The notes under the pieces were generated by a model, which saw only the letters and a program-made list of their open reading frames with translations, was not told the DNA's origin and searched no databases. Below, in pieces: positions 14,428 through 23,080 of a DNA stretch of 29,327 bases. Each line of letters opens with the position of its first letter. Position 1 is the stretch's first letter. The DNA comes from a virus (taxonomy: Duplodnaviria > Caudoviricetes), in IMG/VR virus record IMGVR_UViG_3300046786_000262, positions 1 through 29,327 of that record, one strand, 5' to 3'. A program made the translations under genes and the position numbers.

Positions 14428-16155
14428 TTAGCTTATTGTTGTTCCGTTGACTGTGCACACTCGGCACCATAGGCCATAAAGTGCTGATGTTTTGGCGATG
14501 CCGATATATACTCCGGCAGCTGCGAGATCTGTGCATATTCCAGTTGCTCCAGCTGGACCAGATGAGATCCAGTAATATCTCAATGTCGAGTTGAATGGTG
14601 CATAATTTAGCATGTAATTAAGCCACAAATTTGAATTGAGAAGGTTATTCATCTCTTGAAAGTTAACGAGATTCCATCCAGTTAAGCTGTCGAATGTGCT
14701 TGCTGTATGTTGAGTGAGCTGATTGGTCCAGGCTCTCGTTGTTGTATCTCCCCAATAATATGCAAGCACTGTGCTTCCATCGTATGTGCTCCAGTCGATT
14801 GCTACCTTTTGCCCGAAGCCATTGCCTCCAGTTTTATTCGTGAATCGATTAGTATTCCCATGTGGATTGTTGGATCCCAATGTCAAGAAATTTGATGATC
14901 TTCCTCTTTGTGTACCTCCATCATCACCAGTCGCATATGATGTGACCTGGCCAGTTTTGAGAAGCTTTGCTCCCACTGGAGTAAACGCACCGGTATTCAC
15001 TTTTATTTCAACATAGTGCTGATTGCCTTGATAAGTCACAGATGCTGGAGTGATATCCTGGCCAGCCATATTGTGCACTCGAATATCAAGAGGCTCCTCG
15101 GCATGGATGATGAAAGCATTCGCAGCATTCACTGTGATGTCATTATTCTGAATGATGTAATCTGTCTGCACACCAGAAGGAGTACTCACCACTGCGATAG
15201 TACCATCAGCTTCATGCTTGATATGCACAGCACCATCTGGAGCGATCATCGTTTGATTCGTCACTGATGGGAATTGAGAGCTCAATACTTGAGTGCCCAG
15301 TGTGTTGTTGATGCTAAAGAAAATATCTGGCAGCTCCAGATTGCTCTGTGCTGGAAGATCAACAAGATAGGAATCATTCGTATTGTGCACCAATGAATCT
15401 GTGATCACCTGGTCCAGGCTTCCTCCACTTGGGATGGTGCCCTCATAAAGAGTGACATAAGCTTCAGTGCTTATTCTGTAGCTCGCAGCTTCGCATGCTG
15501 GTACATTCACCACGATGATCTCATCTTGAGCTGCTGGATACATTTGATTCGATAGCTCATTCTCATTCTGATCAAAGATCTGAATTCGCACATCATCCAG
15601 GATATAAGAATCTCCAGAAGGGATCTCTCTGCTGAAGCTCGAATCTGAATTCGATACCAGCGCTGGCTGACAGTCATTGCTGTGAGATGGAAAGCCATTC
15701 TCGAAATCGTAGCCATCCATAGGAAGATCACACCAATTGCCATCATCGAATACATTGAGCGATACATTCATGCTCCAGCCAGCTGTTATATCTTGACCTC
15801 GCTGAATGAATGGATCTGTGGCGATGGTGAAGTTGATGTCAGAGAATTCTGTCCAGCGATATTGCTGCATCGTGATCTTGATGTCATTGCATATACTTAA
15901 GCAATCCGAATGCACCTCATTGATCTGGCGATATTCCTGGATATTGTATTTATCACAGATTGTGATGATCACATTCACCTGGACAAATCCATCACCCAAT
16001 GATCCTGGCTGCAAAGTTGCGACCATCAGAGGATATTGAGCTGCATCTCTGCTTATCGCATCAAAGAAATCACCTTGAAAGTATTCTCTGATCTGTCGAT
16101 GAGCTGTTGCGATCTCGCTGAATTCTCTCATCAGCTGGTTTAGAGTTTTCTCCAT
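14428..16155 (-). CDS. Tail-terminator-like N-terminal domain fused to a fibre-like region and a C-terminal DUF1566/Lcl-like domain, 575 aa
   Basis: N-terminal ~150 aa (YPLMV, SDCLSICNDI, AGWSMNVSL, CDLP); C-terminal KTGQVTSYATGDDG..RG, NRFT, GWNLVNFQEM, YYWISS and LWCR pattern. Confidence 0.6.
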   Translation of the reverse strand: MEKTLNQLMREFSEIATAHRQIREYFQGDFFDAISRDAAQYPLMVATLQPGSLGDGFVQVNVIITICDKYNIQEYRQINEVHSDCLSICNDIKITMQQYRWTEFSDINFTIATDPFIQRGQDITAGWSMNVSLNVFDDGNWCDLPMDGYDFENGFPSHSNDCQPALVSNSDSSFSREIPSGDSYILDDVRIQIFDQNENELSNQMYPAAQDEIIVVNVPACEAASYRISTEAYVTLYEGTIPSGGSLDQVITDSLVHNTNDSYLVDLPAQSNLELPDIFFSINNTLGTQVLSSQFPSVTNQTMIAPDGAVHIKHEADGTIAVVSTPSGVQTDYIIQNNDITVNAANAFIIHAEEPLDIRVHNMAGQDITPASVTYQGNQHYVEIKVNTGAFTPVGAKLLKTGQVTSYATGDDGGTQRGRSSNFLTLGSNNPHGNTNRFTNKTGGNGFGQKVAIDWSTYDGSTVLAYYWGDTTTRAWTNQLTQHTASTFDSLTGWNLVNFQEMNNLLNSNLWLNYMLNYAPFNSTLRYYWISSGPAGATGICTDLAAAGVYIGIAKTSALYGLWCRVCTVNGTTIS

Positions 16156-16228
16156 GCTTCTCCAGGTATTTTTTTAGCTTATCAATGGCCTTCTTTGAGG
16201 CCTTAAATTCTTTTTTTATACTATCCAT
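16070..16228 (-). CDS. Possible small basic protein, 52 aa (not in the ORF track)
   Basis: MDSIKKEFKASKKAIDKLKKYLEKHG...; fills the gap 16156-16215 but overlaps both neighbours. Confidence 0.35.
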   Translation of the reverse strand: MDSIKKEFKASKKAIDKLKKYLEKHGENSKPADERIQRDRNSSSTDQRILSR

Positions 16229-16728
16229 CCAATTGGTTTATAGCCAGTGAGATCTTTGTCCACAGATTCATTGCAATCATCGTCACAATTGCCGAGATAT
16301 TCCGGATATTTCACTCCATTGTCGTCTCGAAGGTATCCGATCAAGCGTTCCTTGTAAAAATATGCATCCTTTCGGAGGAGATCTCTTAAGGCTGATGTCT
16401 CGCTATCAGTATTCGCATTCTGATATTCATCTGTAGAACGGCCCACTGCTTTATTGGTGAGCTTCTCATTGAGCAATACAGCTGCTCTGTAATCAACGAA
16501 AGCCACCAGGCATGGAAGCACATAGTCATTCATGAGAGAGCTGTAATCAGAATCCCAATCATTATCCTCGATTCTCTGGAGCAAAGCTTTATACAAGCAT
16601 GTGCCAGTCGCTGGCTGAATGTGCATGTCTTGAGTGCGCTTGATGGCCACTCCCAAGATCTTTGTATCTGTATTGTTGTGGATCAATCCCAATTTTTTGA
16701 GATTCTCCACTGTGATCATCATATTCAT
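16216..16728 (-). CDS. Putative head-tail adaptor (start MNMMIT, 170 aa)
   Basis: ATGA-coupled to the portal stop; helical; located after the portal gene. Confidence 0.6.
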   Translation of the reverse strand: MNMMITVENLKKLGLIHNNTDTKILGVAIKRTQDMHIQPATGTCLYKALLQRIEDNDWDSDYSSLMNDYVLPCLVAFVDYRAAVLLNEKLTNKAVGRSTDEYQNANTDSETSALRDLLRKDAYFYKERLIGYLRDDNGVKYPEYLGNCDDDCNESVDKDLTGYKPIGWIV

Positions 16729-18695
16729 CCTCTTTTTATTACAAGTTGCTGCACCCAAATATGTCGACAGTATGGTGTACTCGCTCCAGTTTCCGGATTG
16801 GTATACCATCCTCCTCGATAGTTCCACACATTGCGATCCACTCGCTCGCTGATCTTATTGATGTCCTCTCTGGTATATAGTCGATTCAATCCGATGAGCT
16901 TCAGACAGAATTCTCGGCTCTTTGTTTTTACTGGAGGAACACCTGGGCGCTCTTTGTAAGTATAAACTACCTCGAATTGAGATACCGGAGCTTGAGCTTT
17001 GTCCACTACATTCTGACCAAGATCAGTGACCTGGCCTTGAGAGATAATCTCCAATGCTGTAAGCTTCGCAATTGATTCAGCCACTTGTTGAATTGTGCTC
17101 TGTGTTGCTTTAGCAATGGCAGTCGAATCTTCTCCTCGGCTCATCATGTCCACAACATTCTTATCGAAGTCAGTGAGCTGAATGATAAGCTCTCCCACAG
17201 ATGCAAAAATCTCATCAGATCTGGTGAATACCTCATCCGATGGAGTATCCCATTCGATGATCTCTTCCTTGATCACATAGTAATCTGAAGCATTACGGCC
17301 ATACTCGCTGAATATCTCCAGCTCATCCTTGCTGAATGTGTAATCTGATCCACATGATGACATCGCCACTGATGGAAGTCCGACAATTTTGCGAGCTTGT
17401 ACCTCATCAATTGATGGGAATGATGCAAGCACTATCTGAAGAGCTGAATCAGCTGTCAAGATTCCAGCTTTAAGCTGTGCCACTATCTCCACCAGGGAAG
17501 CAATCTGTGCTCCATTCAGAGCGCTCTTTGCCACATCGACTGGTGCATCTGTCGGAGCTGCCGATGGTGATGCTGCTGGAGCTGTAGGAAGAGCTTTCAC
17601 AGCTGATGCAATTGGTGCAACATCTTTGAGTTTTAATGTAGCCATAGCCTGGGAGAGCTTTGCCATGTAGTTGATCATCCATTCCACCTGGCGCTGGCGA
17701 GCATTCACATAGGTGAGCTTGAAAATCTCGAAGAGATCAGCGCTCTCTGCTGCATTGAAGCTTCCATCCTTGATGATACCAAAGAGGGAAGGAGATGTCA
17801 CTGAATGCGCCACCAGGATATTCTGCTGTACTGATTTTTCAGTCATGAGATAGCGATCACTCAAGTCGTTTCCATTCAAGCTCATCACTGTCGGAGCTGT
17901 ATCTGCTGAATCACTGAATGTGATGATGATCTCACCAGCATCCTCAACAGATTGCGTGCGACCTTTGATCTGCTCCTTAATTTTGCGCTCCTCTTCAGAT
18001 GTTTCCGGAAAGCCACTGGCCATGTTGATCAGTGTTCCAGCTTTGAATCCATTCTGAATCTCGTACATGTGGAATTTACTGATGTCCACATCTGTCTGTA
18101 TCGCTGTGATTCCTCCGTAATATGCTGGCTTTGGATAAATTCCCTTCTCACCTTTGGCCTTTTTAGCTGGCTCTTTATAGTAAAATATGAAGGATCCCAC
18201 TGGATTGCTCTCATCGAGTGCCGGATATGTGCGAAAGTTTGTGCCTTCTGGAGTTTGCTCCCTGGCATTCCAGTCATCACTCACATAGTATGTGCGCTCA
18301 TCCTCACTGATTCTGATGGCATCAACATCAATGAATTCCCATCTCACCACTCTGGTACCTTCACGATTCCATGTGCCGATGACAGCCATCCCTCCGAATA
18401 CCTCGAAATCGAATACCATCTGTTGCACAATCTCATTCATGGTGAAATCACTGTATGGATTCTCCAAAAATATAGTTGCATCTCCAGCCACTACCTCAAG
18501 GCCAGATCCAGCGATGTAAAAAGTTTTTGATTTAATGATTCCCTGGTGCCAGGCTGATCCATTGAGGAGCTCGATGAGAAAAAATGGATAGTCATTTCTT
18601 AATCCCCATTTCGTGAATCCCATCTTTTTATCCTTCATCTCCACTGGCTTCTGATATTCCTTCGAGAAGGACAGTGTGATCATTTTATCACTCAT
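16725..18695 (-). CDS. Portal protein with a long C-terminal extension, 656 aa
   Basis: WG..NDYP, HQGIIKSK, DFEVFGG, YPKPAY, NGFKAGTLIN and AHSVTSPSLFGI portal-like motifs; extension ends in SREFC...CRHIW. Confidence 0.8.
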   Translation of the reverse strand: MSDKMITLSFSKEYQKPVEMKDKKMGFTKWGLRNDYPFFLIELLNGSAWHQGIIKSKTFYIAGSGLEVVAGDATIFLENPYSDFTMNEIVQQMVFDFEVFGGMAVIGTWNREGTRVVRWEFIDVDAIRISEDERTYYVSDDWNAREQTPEGTNFRTYPALDESNPVGSFIFYYKEPAKKAKGEKGIYPKPAYYGGITAIQTDVDISKFHMYEIQNGFKAGTLINMASGFPETSEEERKIKEQIKGRTQSVEDAGEIIITFSDSADTAPTVMSLNGNDLSDRYLMTEKSVQQNILVAHSVTSPSLFGIIKDGSFNAAESADLFEIFKLTYVNARQRQVEWMINYMAKLSQAMATLKLKDVAPIASAVKALPTAPAASPSAAPTDAPVDVAKSALNGAQIASLVEIVAQLKAGILTADSALQIVLASFPSIDEVQARKIVGLPSVAMSSCGSDYTFSKDELEIFSEYGRNASDYYVIKEEIIEWDTPSDEVFTRSDEIFASVGELIIQLTDFDKNVVDMMSRGEDSTAIAKATQSTIQQVAESIAKLTALEIISQGQVTDLGQNVVDKAQAPVSQFEVVYTYKERPGVPPVKTKSREFCLKLIGLNRLYTREDINKISERVDRNVWNYRGGWYTNPETGASTPYCRHIWVQQLVIKRG

Positions 18696-19056
18696 ATATG
18701 TTGTGAATTATTTCTGTATCGTATTCATTATTCGCTGATGCATCCTCATAAACATGTGCCAGGCCTTCCTCGCATAGTCGATGAGCTTGAATGGGATCCA
18801 GATTTGTATCTGAATCTTGCTCATAGATGCGATATGTATATTCACCATTGTATGGGAATACCACATCAACACCATCTGTGATCACGAATTCATCGTATCT
18901 GGCAATACCAGTGCTGATATTATCCAGGATGCATGTCACTGATTCAAAGCTTTGCTGATGAGTGAATTCAAACAGCCAGAATGGAGCTGTCAATGTCTGC
19001 ATCTCCGTCACTGTCACAATCAATGTGCTCGATTGATTTCTTTGTATCTGTAGCAT
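18688..19056 (-). CDS. Structural protein (possible head closure), 122 aa
   Basis: Beta-rich and acidic; located in the structural operon. Confidence 0.6.
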   Translation of the reverse strand: MLQIQRNQSSTLIVTVTEMQTLTAPFWLFEFTHQQSFESVTCILDNISTGIARYDEFVITDGVDVVFPYNGEYTYRIYEQDSDTNLDPIQAHRLCEEGLAHVYEDASANNEYDTEIIHNIYE

Positions 19057-19198
19057 CCTTTTTTATTTTAGGTTTTTTCGCCTCAAAGATGAAGCTCAAT
19101 CCAGCCTCCTGGTATTCTGCTTCATTTCCTTCAGAGATAAACCATCTGCGGCCTCTCATTCGAATCTCTGTACCGATATATTCTGCTTTGATCTTCAT
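18968..19198 (-). CDS. Small hypothetical protein (start MKIKAEY)
   Basis: Starts just after the terminator; its 3' part overlaps the next gene. Confidence 0.5.
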   Translation of the reverse strand: MKIKAEYIGTEIRMRGRRWFISEGNEAEYQEAGLSFIFEAKKPKIKKDATDTKKSIEHIDCDSDGDADIDSSILAV

Positions 19199-19214
19199 AA
19201 CATCTAATTTAAGC

Positions 19215-19243
19215 AAAAAAGGGAAGGGAATCATCCCCTCCCT
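19215..19243 (-). terminator. Intrinsic terminator after the putative major tail gene
   Basis: AGGGAGGGGA TGAT TCCCTTCCCT followed by TTTTT. Confidence 0.8.
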
Positions 19244-19265
19244 ACATTATTTTGGTGATCTGAAA

Positions 19266-19802
19266 TTAGATCGCTGGTGATCCTTGTGCTACAAGTGTAT
19301 CGTATACCGATTGCATCACATTAGGTACCTCATTATTTTCCAATCCAGCAAGGACAATTGTGTGACCATTACGGTCAGATTTAACCACACCAGATGTGTA
19401 TTCGTTTGCATCCCCTACCTGGAGACCTTCCTCAAGTCCAAGTGCAACGATGGTACCATCAGCTTTCTCAACCAATGCACACACCTCATTCTGTGCTAAT
19501 AAGTGAATCTCTGATCGTAGTTCTTTGGTATCGCTCGCCAGGATCATTGTCAAGGTCTGCTCATACCATAAAGTACCGTTATCTTTGTTCACTTTGATTG
19601 GAGCTGTATAGCTTGAAAGATTGCTCTTCAATTTATACAAGAATGTCTCTCCAGTCACAGTCATTGAAGTGATCTCATTGGCTGTCAATCCGATTGGAAG
19701 AGTGATTGCTGACACTGGGAAAAGCAATACTGATTTAATCCCTCCCTTTCCATTCGTACATGCTCTGTCATTGAAGCCAGAAGTCATTTCGCATAAAGCC
19801 AT
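19266..19802 (-). CDS. Putative major tail (tube) protein, 178 aa
   Basis: Follows the MCP gene; GGIKSV, NGTLWYEQTLT and DRNGHTIVLAGLE pattern; followed by a terminator. Confidence 0.6.
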   Translation of the reverse strand: MALCEMTSGFNDRACTNGKGGIKSVLLFPVSAITLPIGLTANEITSMTVTGETFLYKLKSNLSSYTAPIKVNKDNGTLWYEQTLTMILASDTKELRSEIHLLAQNEVCALVEKADGTIVALGLEEGLQVGDANEYTSGVVKSDRNGHTIVLAGLENNEVPNVMQSVYDTLVAQGSPAI

Positions 19803-19824
19803 GTTTTCTCTTTTTTATTTTGTG

Positions 19825-19849
19825 AAAGGGAGCACCCGAAAGCGCTCCC
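19825..19849 (-). terminator. Hairpin / weak terminator after the MCP gene
   Basis: GGGAGCGCT TTCG GGTGCTCCC TTT; UUCG loop and a short U-tract. Confidence 0.6.
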
Positions 19850-19864
19850 ATTGAATTCAATTTA

Positions 19865-20824
19865 TTAGTCGTTTCTCCAGACACCAATCTGATCCAAGAA
19901 TGGTACTTGCACACCAGCTCGGAATTTAGAGCGAATGTAGATGACATCATCATCTTGAGAATACCACATCTCATAGTTATCGAAGTCAGAAGAAAGATCT
20001 GTACCGAATACGAAATCTGTAGCTTTACCAGTGAAGATTGCATCTGATCCATTCAATCCTGGAACCTTGATTACTCGCATATCTGTACCTGGAACGATTA
20101 CCTCATTCATAGTAGCGATTTGCGCTGGAGAATAATGGAAGAAATTCAAGTCAACAAGATTCTTCATCAAGAAATTGAAGCTCTCACGACCAGCGAAACA
20201 TACCAATGATGAAGATTCAGCCACTGCTTCTGGAGTGTTCGAAAAACATTCGTAGAAAATCTCGTATGCATTCGATGCATCCATTGCTGCTGTGCCAGAT
20301 GTATTCAAGTTCACTGCACCATTGGCAACAGTAACGAATTGAACGAATCCATTCATCCAAGCTAAATTGCCAGTTCCAGTTGATTTGTTCCCTTGCCAGA
20401 TCAATTTATCCAATTCCAAAGCATGCAAGCTTAACAAGTAGTTTGTTAACTGTGCTTCGAATGGTAAAGATTGATCTTCAGCCATTGCTCCTGGGCGAAG
20501 TGCAAGTTGTGTCCAGAATCCAGCAAGGTCTTTCTGGCAAAAGCGCTTCATGTATCCCAAAGTTTCCACTGCGATGTTGCGATCAGAGAAGATTGTATCT
20601 CCAGCTGGCTCCATTGAACAGTCACCAGATTGGTAAACGATTGAATCATCAAGCAATTTAATTGCTTCAGATCCTTTAATACCTTCCTGGATTGCAATAT
20701 ATCCCAATGTCTTCGCTTCTGTTACAGAGCGAGTGATCAGGTCTTCTCTTTGTTGATCAACATATGGTGCAAGATCTGCAACATCGTAATCAAATTTTGT
20801 GCTTATGAATTTTTTTAAGCTCAT
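19865..20824 (-). CDS. Major capsid protein, 319 aa
   Basis: Follows the protease and scaffold genes; size and LDKLIWQG...GF motif fit an HK97-fold MCP. Confidence 0.8.
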   Translation of the reverse strand: MSLKKFISTKFDYDVADLAPYVDQQREDLITRSVTEAKTLGYIAIQEGIKGSEAIKLLDDSIVYQSGDCSMEPAGDTIFSDRNIAVETLGYMKRFCQKDLAGFWTQLALRPGAMAEDQSLPFEAQLTNYLLSLHALELDKLIWQGNKSTGTGNLAWMNGFVQFVTVANGAVNLNTSGTAAMDASNAYEIFYECFSNTPEAVAESSSLVCFAGRESFNFLMKNLVDLNFFHYSPAQIATMNEVIVPGTDMRVIKVPGLNGSDAIFTGKATDFVFGTDLSSDFDNYEMWYSQDDDVIYIRSKFRAGVQVPFLDQIGVWRND

Positions 20825-20828
20825 GATT

Positions 20829-21431
20829 TTACTTGTTTAGATTGTTTCTTAAATGTAACTGTCGAGCTGTTAGAGTGCTCGTAACTCGTGAAAATTTTTC
20901 GCCCTCTGTCACCTGGTTTGATGGAGCTGCCTTGAAGGATTCGAATTCTCCCTTCAATCCAGTCACCTCATTGCGGAGTGATTCATTTTCGGATGCAATT
21001 GTCTTGATCATTTCAGCCATCCCTTCGAAGATTGCGCTGAATGTTTCAATCTTTGCATTCACGATAGATTCAACATCCTCTGCTGACATTGCTGCTTCTG
21101 TTGTTGCTGGAGCTTCCTCTTCGGATGCTGCCACTGGCTGATCTCCGGATGCTTCAGCTCGTGTATCAATCACCTCTGTGACGATACCATTCGCATCAAC
21201 AACGATGGAAACACCAGCCAAATCTCCACCAAGAGCGTGCGTGCCCTCTGGAGCTGGAATCTCTTCGGTCTCTGTCACTACAAATACAGCTGTACCGACA
21301 ACAAGCTCTCCCTCATAGGAGATCATTGTGCCATCCTCAAGCACTGCCTCGTTGAAGGCTTCTGCTTTAGCTGTGAATGTAGCTTTCAGTTCTCGAATTG
21401 AGTCCATGATTGCCTTGAAATCTGTTGTCAT
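20829..21431 (-). CDS. Capsid scaffolding protein, 200 aa
   Basis: Very acidic, LEDGT and PAPEGTH motifs, C-terminal coiled coil; between the protease and MCP genes. Confidence 0.7.
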   Translation of the reverse strand: MTTDFKAIMDSIRELKATFTAKAEAFNEAVLEDGTMISYEGELVVGTAVFVVTETEEIPAPEGTHALGGDLAGVSIVVDANGIVTEVIDTRAEASGDQPVAASEEEAPATTEAAMSAEDVESIVNAKIETFSAIFEGMAEMIKTIASENESLRNEVTGLKGEFESFKAAPSNQVTEGEKFSRVTSTLTARQLHLRNNLNK

Positions 21432-21446
21432 TTTTCTTGTGTTTAG

Positions 21447-21466
21447 ATAATATGTTTTTTTGTTCT
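21447..21466 (-). promoter_or_regulatory. Repeated late-promoter-like motif AGAACAAAAAAACATATTAT (copy 4)
   Basis: Ends 15 nt before the scaffold ATG. Confidence 0.7.
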
Positions 21467-22370
21467 AAATTTTCCAGGCTTCTGCTGTTGTATTCTCTCT
21501 GATCAGCTGAAGCTCCTCCTCATTATTGTCGATGTGCTTATCAATTCGAAGCCTCTTCACCAGCATCCACTTGTGCTTCCCTCCAGTGAAATAAACATTC
21601 TCTTTTTTGATGCCTAACTTTTCAGCCATGGAATATACTGGGCCTCCATTGGATTGCGTGCGAGCTGTGATGATGAAGATTTCATCATTCGATGCCAGGT
21701 ATCTTCGGGCCATATCTTGACCTTTAGCTGTAGTCAAAGTATCATCGAAATCAAATGAGATGCGCTTGCGTGCGAAGGCCATTGCTTTGAGATCATCAAG
21801 CTCCTCCAGGATGGCAGCCATCATGATCTCCTCACTATTCCCAACATGCTCCAGGATGAAATCTCCCTCAATGGAGAAGCCAGTCCACTCTCCAGATTTC
21901 GCTCTGTTGTATAGCTCTGAATTCGGAGTTTTGTAGCTCACTATCCAGGATCCATCATTCACATCTTTGAATCTCTCTGGAGCTGTGAATCCTTTGGCTG
22001 CATCCACCTGGTACGAATGAATCATAAAGAGATCATCTCTCACTTGATCATGTGAATGCTCCAGGTTTACATTATTGAAATTCCTTCTCCTGGCATAGTC
22101 GAAGATGATATCCTTGATAGCTTGCTTTGTGAATACGACATAGTATTCCTCTTTTGTTTTGCTGTCGTATCGATAGATGGGAGTATCTGCTGATATTGCC
22201 ACTCCACTGATCACTTGCTCCACATCATTGAATTCGAATCTCTTCGCATTCGCAAATGTCTGGAAAGATATCTCATGAGCTGGATCATGTACCAATGAAT
22301 TGAAGCTCACAGTTGTATCTTCATTATTCAGATCAATCGAGATCTCGTAAATTGGAATGTTCTTTATCAT
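21465..22370 (-). CDS. Prohead protease (XkdF/S78-like) fused to a C-terminal HAD-like phosphatase domain, 301 aa
   Basis: NLEH, GSWIVSYK and TGFSIEG protease motifs; then ISFDFDDTLT (DxDxT), IITAR, K and HIDNN. Confidence 0.75.
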   Translation of the reverse strand: MIKNIPIYEISIDLNNEDTTVSFNSLVHDPAHEISFQTFANAKRFEFNDVEQVISGVAISADTPIYRYDSKTKEEYYVVFTKQAIKDIIFDYARRRNFNNVNLEHSHDQVRDDLFMIHSYQVDAAKGFTAPERFKDVNDGSWIVSYKTPNSELYNRAKSGEWTGFSIEGDFILEHVGNSEEIMMAAILEELDDLKAMAFARKRISFDFDDTLTTAKGQDMARRYLASNDEIFIITARTQSNGGPVYSMAEKLGIKKENVYFTGGKHKWMLVKRLRIDKHIDNNEEELQLIRENTTAEAWKI

Positions 22371-22373
22371 GCT

Positions 22374-22393
22374 ATAATATGTAATTTTGTTCT
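22374..22393 (-). promoter_or_regulatory. Repeated late-promoter-like motif AGAACAAAATTACATATTAT (copy 5); contains TAATTTTG on the plus strand
   Basis: Fills the 23-bp gap between two divergent ATGs. Confidence 0.7.
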
Positions 22394-23080
22394 ATGAAAT
22401 TTGTTTATCCATTCAAATCGAAGGGAAGTACCTTCGAAATTTATCAATCCATCAGATGGCTGTACATGGCCTATCCGGATGCTGAAGTGTACATCATTGG
22501 AGATGCTCCTGGAATGGATCTCCCATTCGTGCATATTCCATACAAGTCACATCTGAAATCACCAGGATCAGAAGTCACTGACAAAGTGATGACATTCTGC
22601 GAGCTCATTGGTGATGAATTCATTCTGATGAATGATGATTTTTTTATCACAGATCGATTCCCATTTCACCAGGTGATGAGGAATGGATATATCACCATCT
22701 CACCAGGCCATTCAATCACATATCAACAAGCATGTGAGAATACCATTGATTTTCTGGCAGCCAATAACCTGGAGCTTGTCAATTATGAATGCCATCAGCC
22801 AGTGCTCATCCAGTCGTGTAGATTTATCGAGCTCTTTGGTCAGATTGATTATCAGTCGCATAATCATCTTCTGAAATCAATATACTTTAATACCTGGCCA
22901 ATGAGATCATATCCTGGAGAGAATCTCAAGCTCGGCCATTCATTATACAAAGCAAAGAAATATCTCTCCGATTTCGGATCATTCAGCTGTTCAGATTCAT
23001 TCCTTACAGCTGAAAATAGATCCTTTATTAGTATGTACTCAAGCTCTGCTGTGCAGCCACCTTCTGCTGGGTGCCAGTGA
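22394..23080 (+). CDS. Stealth-like sugar-phosphate transferase / GT-A fold protein, 228 aa
   Basis: FVYP, EIYQSIRWL (cf. Stealth ELRYSLRS), VYIIGDAP, EFILMNDDFF (cf. FIYFNDD) and YECHQP; the only convincing plus-strand gene. Confidence 0.65.
   Translation: MKFVYPFKSKGSTFEIYQSIRWLYMAYPDAEVYIIGDAPGMDLPFVHIPYKSHLKSPGSEVTDKVMTFCELIGDEFILMNDDFFITDRFPFHQVMRNGYITISPGHSITYQQACENTIDFLAANNLELVNYECHQPVLIQSCRFIELFGQIDYQSHNHLLKSIYFNTWPMRSYPGENLKLGHSLYKAKKYLSDFGSFSCSDSFLTAENRSFISMYSSSAVQPPSAGCQ

Noticed and set aside
14428-15000. Diversity-generating retroelement targeting the DUF1566-like domain
   Set aside because: No reverse transcriptase ORF and no second copy (template repeat) of this 3' region seen.
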